Under the pieces are notes generated by a model, which saw only the letters and a program-made list of their open reading frames with translations, ran no database searches and was not told the origin of the DNA. This document shows, piece by piece, positions 1-10,457 of a DNA stretch of 64,000 bases (position 1 is its first letter; each line of letters begins with the position of its first letter). Position numbers and translations under genes: made by a program. The DNA comes from Promethearchaeota archaeon Loki_b31 (GTDB lineage Archaea > Asgardarchaeota > Lokiarchaeia > Sigyniarchaeales > SOKP01): NCBI GenBank assembly GCA_005222975.1, contig NJBI01000001.1, forward strand, positions 64,001 through 128,000. Reading direction: 5' to 3'.

Positions 1-1657
1 ATAAGAGCAAATCTTTAATTTGAGCCATCATATTATCCGTTAAACGCTTTAATTCGGCGTAATCTGGCATTGGTTTGCCCCAATGTTTTTTATGTTCCAT
101 GAATGGGGGTCCTGCTTTTAATATAGACCCCCTATAGAAGTTCAACATCTTAGCGTGTTTTGGGTACGTATCTTCTGTACCCGTAATTCCTACTAATAAG
201 ATGGGTACTTGCTTTTCAATAGCTAATCGCATAGCACCTGTGTGACCCTCTAAGAGTTCACCACCGCCTGGATTGGTCGTTCCTTCGGGGTACATCATAA
301 CCAATTCTCCGTTATCAAGAAGATGTTTAGCGTAATTATACGAATCGACATCGTGTTGTCCCCTTTTTAAGGGAAACGCGTGGTGGGTTCTAACCCAAGC
401 GTTAACGATTGGGAATTTAAACAAACCCTGTTTCGCCATTTGGTAAAGAATTCGTTTTTTATGGTACGTCATACAAGTCGCGGTCATAATTACGTCCCAC
501 TCAGAATTGTGGTTGGTACAAAAAATTGCTGCCCCGGTATCAGGAATATATTTTTCAAAGTCAATTGCTTTATATGGCATCATTAAGTTGCCTAAATTAT
601 GGACTGCCCACCCATGCATAGCCTGAGATGCTGCTGCGTATTGTTTGCGTAGTCCGAATGCTTCTAACGATTTTATGAAGGAGTACCAGAGGTCGTCAAC
701 AAGTTGTAGAGCACCCATTCCTACATCTTTTAAATAACTCAAAGCTGAATTTGACTTTTTGGGTTTTTCAACATCTTCAGGGGAACCAATCGATAGCTCT
801 TCTTCCTTTTTCTTTTTCCTTGTGTCCACAATGACATATTCTCTTAAATCAAGAACAATCTGTCTTAATTCATTGGTTAGTCTCTTAATTTCTTCGTAAG
901 AAACATCGTCAATATTATACTTATCGTAGTAAATCGGATCACCTACACGTACTTTGACTTGAGTTGGTTTCATGACCAATTTACCTTTTGGTAACGCATT
1001 TCTAGACCCAATCACTGCCATTGGAACAATCGGCACACCCATTTCAATCGCGAGTCGAACTGCCCCCGTTTTAAACTCTCCTAGTTCCCACCCAGTTTCC
1101 TCCCTAGACCGGGTACTTTCAGGGAAAATGCCTACCCAGTCTCCGCTTCTGAGAATCTCTTTGGCAGTCTCCCAGCCTTGCTCAGGATTCTCTCGATCTA
1201 TTTTAAAGGCTCCTAAATTCGTAAAAAGCGTTTTAACTAAAGGAGTTTTAAAATTATCCAATTTACTCATGTAATGGATTCTTCTTTGACAAGCAGCACC
1301 GTAGAAGAATGGGTCCAAATGAGACTCGTGGCTTCCTGCAAGAATGCCTGGCCCGTATTCCGGAAATAAATTCCCTAAAGGATATTCTGCTTTAAAATTC
1401 CAGAACAATCGGGCAAAAAACTTTATATAAACATATGCCGTCCACCATTGGAGTTTTCCCTCTATTTCTCCAATGTTCAATCGGTCAATAGCTTGACGAT
1501 AGAGGTCGTTTAATGGATCGATTGGATTATATTTTAAAATTTTATACATCGAGTTTTGGTGTCGTTTACCGAACTCTAAATCTTCCTTTTCTTTATCTTC
1601 AGTAGTTTTTATAATACTCGTATCTACTGAAGTTTTATATTCTTCTTTAAGCACCAT
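1..1657 (-). CDS. Two-domain lysophospholipid/glycerol-phosphate acyltransferase (tandem PlsC-like domains); 3' end runs off the window
   Basis: Not in the ORF track because there is no stop in the window. Manual translation gives domain 1 GSHESHLDP...FPESTRS...FKTGAVRLA and domain 2 TNHNSEWD...YPEGTTN...HTGAMRLA in one open frame. GGAGG lies 9 nt upstream of ATG 1657 (alternative in-frame ATG at 1666). Confidence 0.88.
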   Translation of the reverse strand, partial: MVLKEEYKTSVDTSIIKTTEDKEKEDLEFGKRHQNSMYKILKYNPIDPLNDLYRQAIDRLNIGEIEGKLQWWTAYVYIKFFARLFWNFKAEYPLGNLFPEYGPGILAGSHESHLDPFFYGAACQRRIHYMSKLDNFKTPLVKTLFTNLGAFKIDRENPEQGWETAKEILRSGDWVGIFPESTRSREETGWELGEFKTGAVRLAIEMGVPIVPMAVIGSRNALPKGKLVMKPTQVKVRVGDPIYYDKYNIDDVSYEEIKRLTNELRQIVLDLREYVIVDTRKKKKEEELSIGSPEDVEKPKKSNSALSYLKDVGMGALQLVDDLWYSFIKSLEAFGLRKQYAAASQAMHGWAVHNLGNLMMPYKAIDFEKYIPDTGAAIFCTNHNSEWDVIMTATCMTYHKKRILYQMAKQGLFKFPIVNAWVRTHHAFPLKRGQHDVDSYNYAKHLLDNGELVMMYPEGTTNPGGGELLEGHTGAMRLAIEKQVPILLVGITGTEDTYPKHAKMLNFYRGSILKAGPPFMEHKKHWGKPMPDYAELKRLTDNMMAQIKDLLL

Positions 1658-1671
1658 TAATTTCATCCTCC

Positions 1672-2454
1672 CTAGGATTTTATCTCAATCCTATTTTGAG
1701 TATTTGAATTTGATAAATTTTTATTTTCAATTATTTTAATTAATTCATCTAACGAGTCAATCAATAAGCTTGGGTTAAATTTCGCCAACATCTCTCTTTT
1801 ACTTACTCCGCTCGCAACACCAATCGTCCAAACTCCAGCTTCTCTTCCTGCTTCAATATCTGAAGGCATATCTCCAATCATTACAAATTCCTTCAATTTG
1901 CAGGATTTATAACTTTCAAAAACAGGGTTTAACGCGTTTGGGTCGGGTTTAAGAGCGGGAAGTAGATCTGCTCCAAAAATTCCTTTAAAAAAGCTTTTTA
2001 CTTTTTTTTCTTCTAAATGAGGAATTATATTCTTAGTCAGGTTGTGAGAGACAATAAATAAATCGTAAGTTTTTTTATATTTATTAATAAATTCCGTTGC
2101 TTCTGGATAAAACGATGCGTCTTTCGCGTACTCTAGATAACGCGTGAAAATTTTCGTTGCTATTCGTAGTTTTTTTAAATATGTTAGCGGTTGGAGCGAT
2201 TCTATGTATTTAAACAAATTAAAAGACTCCAATACGATTCTTGGAAGCGGAAGCCCTTGAATTGTCTCCATTAAAGCCCCTATTTCTTGCATCGTGCTTT
2301 CAATGTCAGCTGAAATGTGTTTTTCCTCGTATATTTCTTCTATTGCGTCCTTAAGCGTTTTTCTGATATCGAGGATAGTTCCGTCAAAATCAAAGATAAT
2401 TCCTCGAATCGTTCCATTTTGAAGCCGTTTAATTAATTGATTGTCAGCAAGCAT
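1672..2454 (-). CDS. HAD-superfamily hydrolase (phosphoglycolate-phosphatase-like)
   Basis: Motifs DFDGT, KPDP, GDMPSDIEAG; ends just upstream of the acyltransferase start (likely operon). Confidence 0.88.
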   Translation of the reverse strand: MLADNQLIKRLQNGTIRGIIFDFDGTILDIRKTLKDAIEEIYEEKHISADIESTMQEIGALMETIQGLPLPRIVLESFNLFKYIESLQPLTYLKKLRIATKIFTRYLEYAKDASFYPEATEFINKYKKTYDLFIVSHNLTKNIIPHLEEKKVKSFFKGIFGADLLPALKPDPNALNPVFESYKSCKLKEFVMIGDMPSDIEAGREAGVWTIGVASGVSKREMLAKFNPSLLIDSLDELIKIIENKNLSNSNTQNRIEIKS

Positions 2455-2695
2455 TATTTATTAAAAAAGGGCAAAAATTTTAATAACTTTGTATTTATAT
2501 AGATGAATTAAGTTTACTTAAATGAATTTCTATATAAAAACCTAATCATACTGATCATACTGTATTATTATACCTCTTAGTTTTTATTTAATTGAATTTT
2601 ATGTAATTTCTAACATCTCTTTTTAATATTAATTCTTTAATATGTGAACTTTATATGTAAAACCACAAAAAATATATTATATAGAGGTTATTAGT

Positions 2696-2818
2696 ATGCA
2701 AACGCAGAATGAATTCCAAAACGATAGGTATCGTCACGCTGATTTTCTTCAAACTATTCCACAAACAAATAAGATATATAAAAAATTGTTTCTAAAAAGA
2801 AAGCCCAAACCCAAGTGA
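2696..2818 (+). CDS. Putative 40-aa basic small protein (MQTQNEFQNDRYRHADFLQ...KRKPKPK)
   Basis: ATG..TGA ORF preceded by GAGGT; more GC-rich than the flanking intergenic DNA; T-rich tract downstream. Confidence 0.4.
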   Translation: MQTQNEFQNDRYRHADFLQTIPQTNKIYKKLFLKRKPKPK

Positions 2819-2952
2819 TATAAAAACTAATATTCTTGCTTCTTTTTAATATGTAGTTAGTTTCTTTTTTTAAAACAATAAAACATTTATATTTCATGGA
2901 GTTGTAATAACTTTAAATATAAATTAATAATACAGAAAAAGAATTGACAAAT

Positions 2953-3363
2953 ATGTCAGAAAATAAACTTGGTAAGGTAAAAGAAGGAACTTATCCGGAG
3001 GGAGTTTTTAATCTTTATAACCCATTAAATTCAAATGATAAATTTAAAGAGAAATTCGCTAAAGAATCCTTTAAGATTTTATTAAATCCAAAAGATGGTG
3101 AATATGCCGCTTTAATAACTGTTGACAAAGGAACAGTTTCTGTACAGGGAATTGAAAACAAAGATAAGAAGGACTTAACAGATGAAAAACTTGGTTGGGA
3201 TGGCATGATGAAAACAACAATAGCACTATTTGATGAGATTGGTGAGGGAAAACTGTCGCAAAGCGATATCATAAAAAAAGTTGTAGCCCGCAAAATAAAA
3301 ATGAAAGCTCCAAAATTTTTAATGAAGTTAGACGAAATGGCGGCCTTTTTAAAAAGTGACTAA
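2953..3363 (+). CDS. SCP2 (sterol carrier protein 2)-like lipid-binding protein
   Basis: Size and pattern (ITVDKGTVSV...D.MMKTT...F..I..GKLS....V..RKIKMK) fit the SCP2 fold; ATG 2953 is preferred over TTG 2944. Confidence 0.6.
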   Translation: MSENKLGKVKEGTYPEGVFNLYNPLNSNDKFKEKFAKESFKILLNPKDGEYAALITVDKGTVSVQGIENKDKKDLTDEKLGWDGMMKTTIALFDEIGEGKLSQSDIIKKVVARKIKMKAPKFLMKLDEMAAFLKSD

Positions 3364-3590
3364 GTATTTAAATATAATTTTATTTTTCTTTTTATTTCAC
3401 GAATGTGTTAAATTCTTGATTTGAATTTGCGTTATTTTTTTCTATTTACTTTTAAAAACCGAATATCATTAACATTTTCTCTGAAACTTATATAAAAGTT
3501 ATAATCTTCTTCTTTTAGCTATTTTAATAAACTTTAAGTTCAAGATTTCGCTTTCCTTATTACCGTTAACAAATTCTTCTTATTAATATA

Positions 3591-4784
3591 ATGAAAGCAG
3601 ATAATTACAGAGTGTTTCCAATATTCCTTTTAGCATTTACGCGTGTTTCGACAGGAGTGGCGATTGGTTTAGCTATTCCACTTTATTTAATTGAGATAGG
3701 ATTAAATCCTGAAATAATTGGAATCATTACTTCTGGAACAGCCATGGCATACTTATTTTCGCCTTTAATCTTTAGAAATGTACAGAAAAAGCTTGGTGTA
3801 AAACCTACAATTATCATATCATCATTAGGTTTCTTACTTATTCAAGTAATCTTGCAGTTCTCAAAAGATCCATTGTTGATTTATTTCTTGTTAATTTTAG
3901 ATGGAACATTTTTAGGATTGTTTTGGCAAATTTTAATGGGCGCACTTTCGGCGATATCAAATTCAGAAGAATATCGTAAAAATAACTCATTAAAGGATAA
4001 ATTAATGAAAAAGTATAGTTTAGCTTGGAATTTTGGAGGAATTTTTAGCTACGCTTTAGGTTTCTTTATTTTGTTTTATATTGAAAATATTCAGATAATG
4101 TTTTTATTTGCGTTATTTTTTGCTATTATCGGCTTTAGTATAGCTTTAATTATTCAGGAACCCTCTCATAGTTTCGATAAAGAGATTATCGTTCCAATTG
4201 ACGAGGGAATAAAAGCAATTCCTCAAAGAGAACACATTTCTTTTCCTATAATTCTGCCGCTTTTTATGATTGGAATTTATGGGTTTTTAATTGGAGGTTT
4301 GGGATTAATTTATCCAATTAAATCTGAAATACTAAATTTCGCTCTCTTCACTAATTATCTATTTTTCTTTTTAAGAATGAGTACTCAAACGATTTCAATT
4401 TCAAAATCTATGGACTTTAAAATAAAAACAACCAAAAAAATGATTCCTATATCCAATCTACTTATCATGTTTTCCCTTTTCTTGATGGGAATAAATCAAA
4501 ACTTATTTATCTTTGCAATTCTCTTTTGTGCGTTTGGAATTTTTAATTCTTTTTATTATACCCTTGCTTTCAAACTAATAGTATTTCGGAATATAGCGAA
4601 TAACACTTCAAAATACAGCACTTATTTTGAAACTGCGATTGGAATTGGATTCTTTTTTGCGCCAATACTTTGTGGTTTTATCGCTGCGGTAGATGCAAAC
4701 TTAGCATTTTTCTTTTTATCCCTATTATCGTTGTTAAGCTTAGTTATATATCTACTTTCTAAAAACAAAATTGAAACTAATTAA
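3591..4784 (+). CDS. MFS transporter
   Basis: About 12 hydrophobic segments in two halves, 397 aa, MFS-like loop between TM2 and TM3. Confidence 0.85.
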   Translation: MKADNYRVFPIFLLAFTRVSTGVAIGLAIPLYLIEIGLNPEIIGIITSGTAMAYLFSPLIFRNVQKKLGVKPTIIISSLGFLLIQVILQFSKDPLLIYFLLILDGTFLGLFWQILMGALSAISNSEEYRKNNSLKDKLMKKYSLAWNFGGIFSYALGFFILFYIENIQIMFLFALFFAIIGFSIALIIQEPSHSFDKEIIVPIDEGIKAIPQREHISFPIILPLFMIGIYGFLIGGLGLIYPIKSEILNFALFTNYLFFFLRMSTQTISISKSMDFKIKTTKKMIPISNLLIMFSLFLMGINQNLFIFAILFCAFGIFNSFYYTLAFKLIVFRNIANNTSKYSTYFETAIGIGFFFAPILCGFIAAVDANLAFFFLSLLSLLSLVIYLLSKNKIETN

Positions 4785-4880
4785 CAAATTAAATTTCGGC
4801 TTTAATATTTCATTACATTAATATGAGAAAGCTCATTTTAGAATCCATATAAGGGATATTATTATTAGAGCTCAGTTCTT

Positions 4881-6332
4881 ATGGAAAATATCAATTCTAA
4901 TAATTCAGCAGATTCTATAAGCTACAATCGCATATTATGGCCTATTTATTTTCTTAATGGGTTCCAAAGTATTGCCTGGGGCGGGATTATCTTTCTTATC
5001 GTACCAATATCAAGAATTATGTGGCCAACTGAGCCAACTCACGCTTTAGAAATGGGAACATTAATTACAGTGCTATCATGGTCTGCTTCGATTTCAGGAT
5101 TAGTATTTGGACACTTAATTGATAAATACTCTCGTAAAAAGATAATCGTTATTATTTCAATATTTAGGGGGCTTGCGATAATAATGCTTGGATTTGCATT
5201 GGAGGGCGGCGGTTCGTCAGCTTGGATATATTTCTTAGTTTTCATAAGTATTTTTGGGATGTTTGCGGGATTAAGTTGGCCCGCCGTAATATCTTTGTCT
5301 AACGATATCGTTCCTAAAGCTTTTCGTTCGCGTTTTTTTGGCGTTTATGAGATAGTTCGCTCTCTTACTATGACCTTTGGGTTTTTAATTGGAGCTTTTT
5401 TAGTGCAGAACGGGCTGTGGAGACAGTATTTTTGAGGTACAGGATTAGGTATTTTAATTTGTGCCCTAATTTTTGCAATTCATAACGACGAGCCTAAAAG
5501 AGGAGCTCAACAAGAAGAGTTGTTACATATCCTTAAAAAGAAAGATGTCAATTACAACTTTAAAATCAATCGGGAGACTATGCTTAAAACAATGTTAAGT
5601 AAAACTAATAAAGTTGCCTTAATTGAAGGAATATTTACTCAGATTCTAATGGGCTCTATCAACTTTTTAATTCTTACCCTTATCCAAAATGAACCTCACA
5701 ATATTTCCGAATTTTCAACTAGTATTTTCATGATTACTTTTGGGTTAACGGGAGGAATTGTCGGACAGTTACTATTAGCAAGGTTAAGCGATAAATTAGC
5801 TAAAAAGCGGCCTATTATAAGAATACCAATTATTATTATAGCTATTATTGGGGGTCTATTCACTTTTATTCTTTTCTTTTTTATTCCCTGGCCCCATTTG
5901 ACTATTGAGCAAGGGAAAGATGTTGCTTTCTTAATGGCACTCCCAATAATTTGGTTAATGGGTATTATGTTCTTCTCATCAAGATCTATTTTTTCTCTAT
6001 ATATGGTTAACCAAAGTCCATTATTACAAGAAATAAATTTGCCAGAAGCACAAGGTCAAATAGTTTCATGGAATCAATTTTTAGAAAATTTCGGGAGAGG
6101 TATGGGCCCCTTATTAAGTGGGATTCTATTGGCTGTGACAAGCATGAATTATCAATCCACAATTTTAATAATTGCACTATGTATTCTTCCCGGAGTAATA
6201 TTATGGGGGTTTGCGATAAAATGGTTTCCTTCTGATGCTTATAACATAAGAGAGATATTAAAGGGAAGAGTTGACATTTTAGAATCAAATGAAGGGATGT
6301 CATCTCCCTCAGATCACCAAATAAAACCTTAA
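4881..6332 (+). pseudogene. Spinster-like MFS transporter interrupted by one in-frame TGA (5433-5435)
   Basis: ORFs 4881-5435 and 5520-6332 share a frame. Read-through gives WRQYF*GTGLGILICALIFAIHNDEPKRG, colinear with the downstream paralog. Motif A GHLIDKYSRK. Confidence 0.75.
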
Positions 6333-6429
6333 TGAAATAAAAAACTCTTATAGTTGTAATGTTTCATCAATTTAAAATTTGAATTCTCATTTTCCATTCC
6401 ATATACTTATGAATTTATAGAATTTAGAA

Positions 6430-7848
6430 TTGAAGTTAGAAATGGAATTAAACGATTCTCATCAATCTTATAATAAATTAATTTGGCCAGTATATTTACT
6501 CAACGGATTTAATAGTATAGCATTTGCGGGCATAATTATTCTAATGGTACCATTGTCTTCGCTTATTTGGCCAGGAGAAGATTATCACGCGCTAGAGATG
6601 GGAATTTTAATGACCACACTTTTATGGACTTCTTCTCTGTCAGGTTTATTCCTTGGTAGGCTTATTGATAAGTATTCACGAGTAAAAATCTTATTAATTA
6701 TATCCATTGCCAGAAGTTTTTGCATGATTATGCTCGGGTTCGCTATTGCCGGTCAAGGTATACTGACATGGTGGTATTTTTTTTTATTTGTTCTAATTTT
6801 TGCTCTCTTTGCTGGAGGAAGTTATCCTGCCATAGTTTCACTATCTAACGATATTGTTCCAATAAAACATCGCTCTAAATTCTTTGGATATTTTGGTATT
6901 TTTGGATCCGTCTTTATGATGCTTGGTTTTCTAATATCTGGTGCTCTAGTGCAGTTTGGGTATTGGAGATTATATTTTTTAAGTATAGGAATTGCGGTTC
7001 TTCTTTCGGGCTTAATATTTTTTTTTTATGTTAAGGAACCAAAAAGGGGTGTTCAAAGCATTTTATTACGAGATGTACTTAAAGATCGATCGATTGAATA
7101 TGATTTTAAGAGGGATAAAGAATTAATGCGTAGAACTATGCTATCTCGCACTAATATTGCAGCTTTAATTGAGGGAATATTTACCAATGTATTTATGGGA
7201 AGTTTGGATATGATTATTTTACCTTATTTACAAACCCCTCCACATAATCTCTCTCCACTAATAACAGGATTATTTGTCGTTATTTTTGGAGTTATTGGAC
7301 GCGTTATAGGGCAAATTTTACTCGCTCGAGTGTCAGATAAGTTAGCAGAGAAAAATGATGTAAGAAGGATTGTTTTTATAATATTTTCTTTAGTAGGAGG
7401 GTAAATTACTTTTGTTTTAATGTTTTTCGTACCATTGCCTTTTTTAACGCCTGAAGAAGGAGCAAACATCGTTCTATTCTTTTCACTTCCTTTAACATAT
7501 GTAATGGGTATTTTAATTTTAAGTTCTGACGCTATATCTTCTTTATACATGGTTAATCAACCACCGATCCTACAAGAAATAAATCTTCCAGAAGCTCAAG
7601 GCCAAATTGTTTCATGGAATCAATTCTTAGAGAATATCGGTTATGGTATGGGGCCTTTAATCGCAGGTATTTTCATATCCATTTTCGGACAGAATTATAA
7701 GATTAGTGCTGTGATAATAACTATTTTTGTAATTCCTGGTATAATTTTGTGGACATTGTCTTGTAATTGGTATACACAAGATAAAGAAAGAATTAGGACT
7801 ATACTAAGTGAACGAGCAACAATTTTGAAATCAAGAAATAAAAACTAA
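6430..7848 (+). pseudogene. Spinster-like MFS transporter paralog interrupted by one in-frame TAA (7402-7404)
   Basis: ORFs 6430-7404 and 7420-7848 share a frame. Read-through VGG*ITFVLMFFVP aligns with IGGLFTFILFFFIP in the upstream paralog; both share LQEINLPEAQGQIVSWNQFLEN. Confidence 0.75.
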
Positions 7849-8027
7849 ATAAATGCTGAAACTGTTTTTAATATTTAATATTTCTTAAGAAAAATCGTGT
7901 GTTTCATTATAGACTAAATAATAATAAATTTTTGTTTTGAAAAACATTCAAATAATCTTAATGATATATTTATTGTTGTTGGTCTTTTGTTTAATTTTAA
8001 AAAATAAAACAAATTAAATTAGATAAA

Positions 8028-8579
8028 ATGAAGGAACCAGGCTCTGAAACACACCCGCTAAAATTTAAGGTCCCAATCTTCGGAGACGGGGGCGTAGGAA
8101 AAACTACCTTGACTCATCGCTTTCTTAATGGGGTTTTTAAAGAATCCTATCAACTAACGATTGGAATGGACTTTTTTCTAAAAAAAATTAAAATTAATGG
8201 AAAAAGTATTTCTTTGCAAATTTGGGATTTTGCTGGAGAAAAGAAATTTAGGTTTCTCTTACCCGGTGCTGTGATGGGGGCCAATGGAACCATATTAATG
8301 TTTGATTTAACTCGATATGTCACATTTAAAAATCTAACCGATTGGTTAGCTGCTATTAACGAAGCTAACGAAATACACGATCAAAAATTTATACCTATAC
8401 TTCTAGTTGGAAGCAAGCTCGATCTTGATGGAATGAGAACAGTTCCAAAAGAAGAGGCCATTAAATTTGCTAAACAGAATAATTTTATTGATTATATTGA
8501 ATGTTCTTCAAAAAGCGGTGAAAATGTTGAGGAATTGTTTGCAATAATTAGTAGAAGTATAGTCAAAAAACTAAAATAA
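8028..8579 (+). CDS. Rab-like small GTPase
   Basis: G1 GDGGVGKT, G2 TIG, G3 WDFAGE, G4 SKLD, G5 CSSK. Confidence 0.93.
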   Translation: MKEPGSETHPLKFKVPIFGDGGVGKTTLTHRFLNGVFKESYQLTIGMDFFLKKIKINGKSISLQIWDFAGEKKFRFLLPGAVMGANGTILMFDLTRYVTFKNLTDWLAAINEANEIHDQKFIPILLVGSKLDLDGMRTVPKEEAIKFAKQNNFIDYIECSSKSGENVEELFAIISRSIVKKLK

Positions 8580-8743
8580 TCCAAAATCATTCTGAATTTC
8601 TTTCCGTTTTAAGAAAAAAGAAAAAAGAAAGTATATATTATAAAATTTTTATACCCTCTATTAATTATTAAGAAGTAATGTTGTACGATTTCTATTTTTA
8701 ACAATAAATTAATACTTCAAAACTAAATTCTGATGGCAAAATT

Positions 8744-10357
8744 ATGAAATCTATGTACGAATTAAATGTTCCAATTCCGTCTAAACGCGCTTTAATTGTA
8801 AGGAATATCAAAGAAGTTTCTAAAGAGCAGAGAGAAGTTGCTTTGAAAAAGACAGAATATAGTATGTTTTCTTTTCCAGCAGATATGCTTGTTTTAGATT
8901 TTCTTTCTGATAGTGGAAGTTCATCAATGACAGATTTACAGTGGGCTGCTCTTTTTCACGGAGATGAATCTTATGGGCGTAACAAAGGATATTATGTTCT
9001 TCTTGATGCTATTAGAGATACTTTTGAAAGGGGAAATGAGCCAAAAAACGCCATAAACTTAATTCTTTCTGGAGAAACCAATGTAAAAAAATTAATGGAC
9101 GAGTTATATCTTACATCGTTCGAAGGAGGTTTTGTTAACGGGGGAATTCATCAGCTGACTCGCCCTAACGCGTTTTTAGTACCCCAAGGTCGTTGTGCGG
9201 AACATTTGTTATTTTCCACTATTGCTCCAATTCTAAAAGAAAAGAGCCCAAATAAAGAATTCTTCATCTTTAACAACGGACACTTCGATACAACTGAAGC
9301 TAATATTGCCGCAAATGGACTCCATCCAATAAATCTATTCTCAGCAAACTTATTGGAAGATTTTCCTCCTGATCAAATGGATATTAAAAACCCTTTCAAG
9401 GGAAATATGGATAGTGAAAAACTGGAATCTTTTATCCAAAAAAAGGGAGCTGATAGCATCCCATTAATATATTTAACTATTACCAATAATACTGCCGCAG
9501 GTCAACCCGTTTCAATGAATAACATTAAAACAATTAACGAAATCGCACATCGCTCTGGAATTCCGCTTTTTTTAGATGCTTGCAGATTTGCTGAAAACGC
9601 TTTTTTCATTAAGGAATTCGAAGAAGGGTATAATAACATTAGCATTTTAAAAATAGTTCGAGAGATGTTTTCTTACGTTGATGGTTTTACTATAAGTTTT
9701 AAAAAAGATGGACTTGCTAACATAGGTGGGGGTTTATTTTTTAGAGATCAAGGAGTATTTTACAAAAAATTCTCGACTAACGGGAATATTGGGATTAAAT
9801 TAAAAGAAAAACAAATCCTTACATTTGGGAACGACTCGTATGGGGGATTATCAGGTCGGGACATTATGGCTTTAGCAGTAGGTTTATATGAAGTTGTTAA
9901 AGAACCATATCTGGCTGAGAGGATTCGCCAAGTTCGAGAATTTGCGCGAAAACTAACTGAAAATGGAGTACCTGTTGTGCTTCCTGCGGGCGGTCACGCT
10001 GTCTATATTAATATGGATAAATTCTTTAAGGGGACAGATATGAAGGTGGATGATTTTGGTGGCGTTGGATTCGGTATAGAACTCTTAAGACACTACGGAA
10101 TTAGAGCCTGTGAATTAGGACCTTTTGCGTTTGAGTGGGATAAGAAAACGCCAGAACAACGAAAAAGTATCTTAAATTTAGTTCGATTTGCGGTACCTAG
10201 AAACACCTATGGGCCTTCTCATATTAATTACGCAGTCGCAGCTGTAACCGAACTTTACCGCAATCGAGAAAAAATTCCGAAAGTAAGAGTTTCTCGTGGT
10301 GTTAACTTAAAATTGCGCCACTTTCAATCAGGACTACAACCTATTTACAACGATTAA
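8744..10357 (+). CDS. tnaA: Tryptophanase / tyrosine phenol-lyase family PLP-dependent beta-eliminating lyase
   Basis: DFLSDSG, GDESY, QGRCAE, HFDTT, TITNNTAAGQPVS, DACRFAENA, PLP lysine motif SFKKDG, YGGLSGRD, LRHF. Trp versus Tyr substrate cannot be resolved by eye. Confidence 0.78.
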   Translation: MKSMYELNVPIPSKRALIVRNIKEVSKEQREVALKKTEYSMFSFPADMLVLDFLSDSGSSSMTDLQWAALFHGDESYGRNKGYYVLLDAIRDTFERGNEPKNAINLILSGETNVKKLMDELYLTSFEGGFVNGGIHQLTRPNAFLVPQGRCAEHLLFSTIAPILKEKSPNKEFFIFNNGHFDTTEANIAANGLHPINLFSANLLEDFPPDQMDIKNPFKGNMDSEKLESFIQKKGADSIPLIYLTITNNTAAGQPVSMNNIKTINEIAHRSGIPLFLDACRFAENAFFIKEFEEGYNNISILKIVREMFSYVDGFTISFKKDGLANIGGGLFFRDQGVFYKKFSTNGNIGIKLKEKQILTFGNDSYGGLSGRDIMALAVGLYEVVKEPYLAERIRQVREFARKLTENGVPVVLPAGGHAVYINMDKFFKGTDMKVDDFGGVGFGIELLRHYGIRACELGPFAFEWDKKTPEQRKSILNLVRFAVPRNTYGPSHINYAVAAVTELYRNREKIPKVRVSRGVNLKLRHFQSGLQPIYND

Positions 10358-10457
10358 ATCTAAGAACATCTTACAAATATAATCTAACAATAAAATAGCT
10401 TAGAAACTCATCTCATTCCATTGAAAAAAGAATTGATGATAATTTGTATAAATCAAA

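Noticed and set aside
380-1274. Plus-strand ORFs 380-586 and 972-1274
   Set aside because: Antisense shadows of the minus-strand dual acyltransferase.
5433-6367. Selenocysteine reading of TGA 5433, with the hairpin at 6332-6367 as a SECIS
   Set aside because: The position is a TM-boundary hydrophobic site with no Cys in the paralog. The hairpin is weak and AT-rich, and its ATGA pairs canonically rather than forming a GA/GA quartet. The sister gene's stop is TAA.
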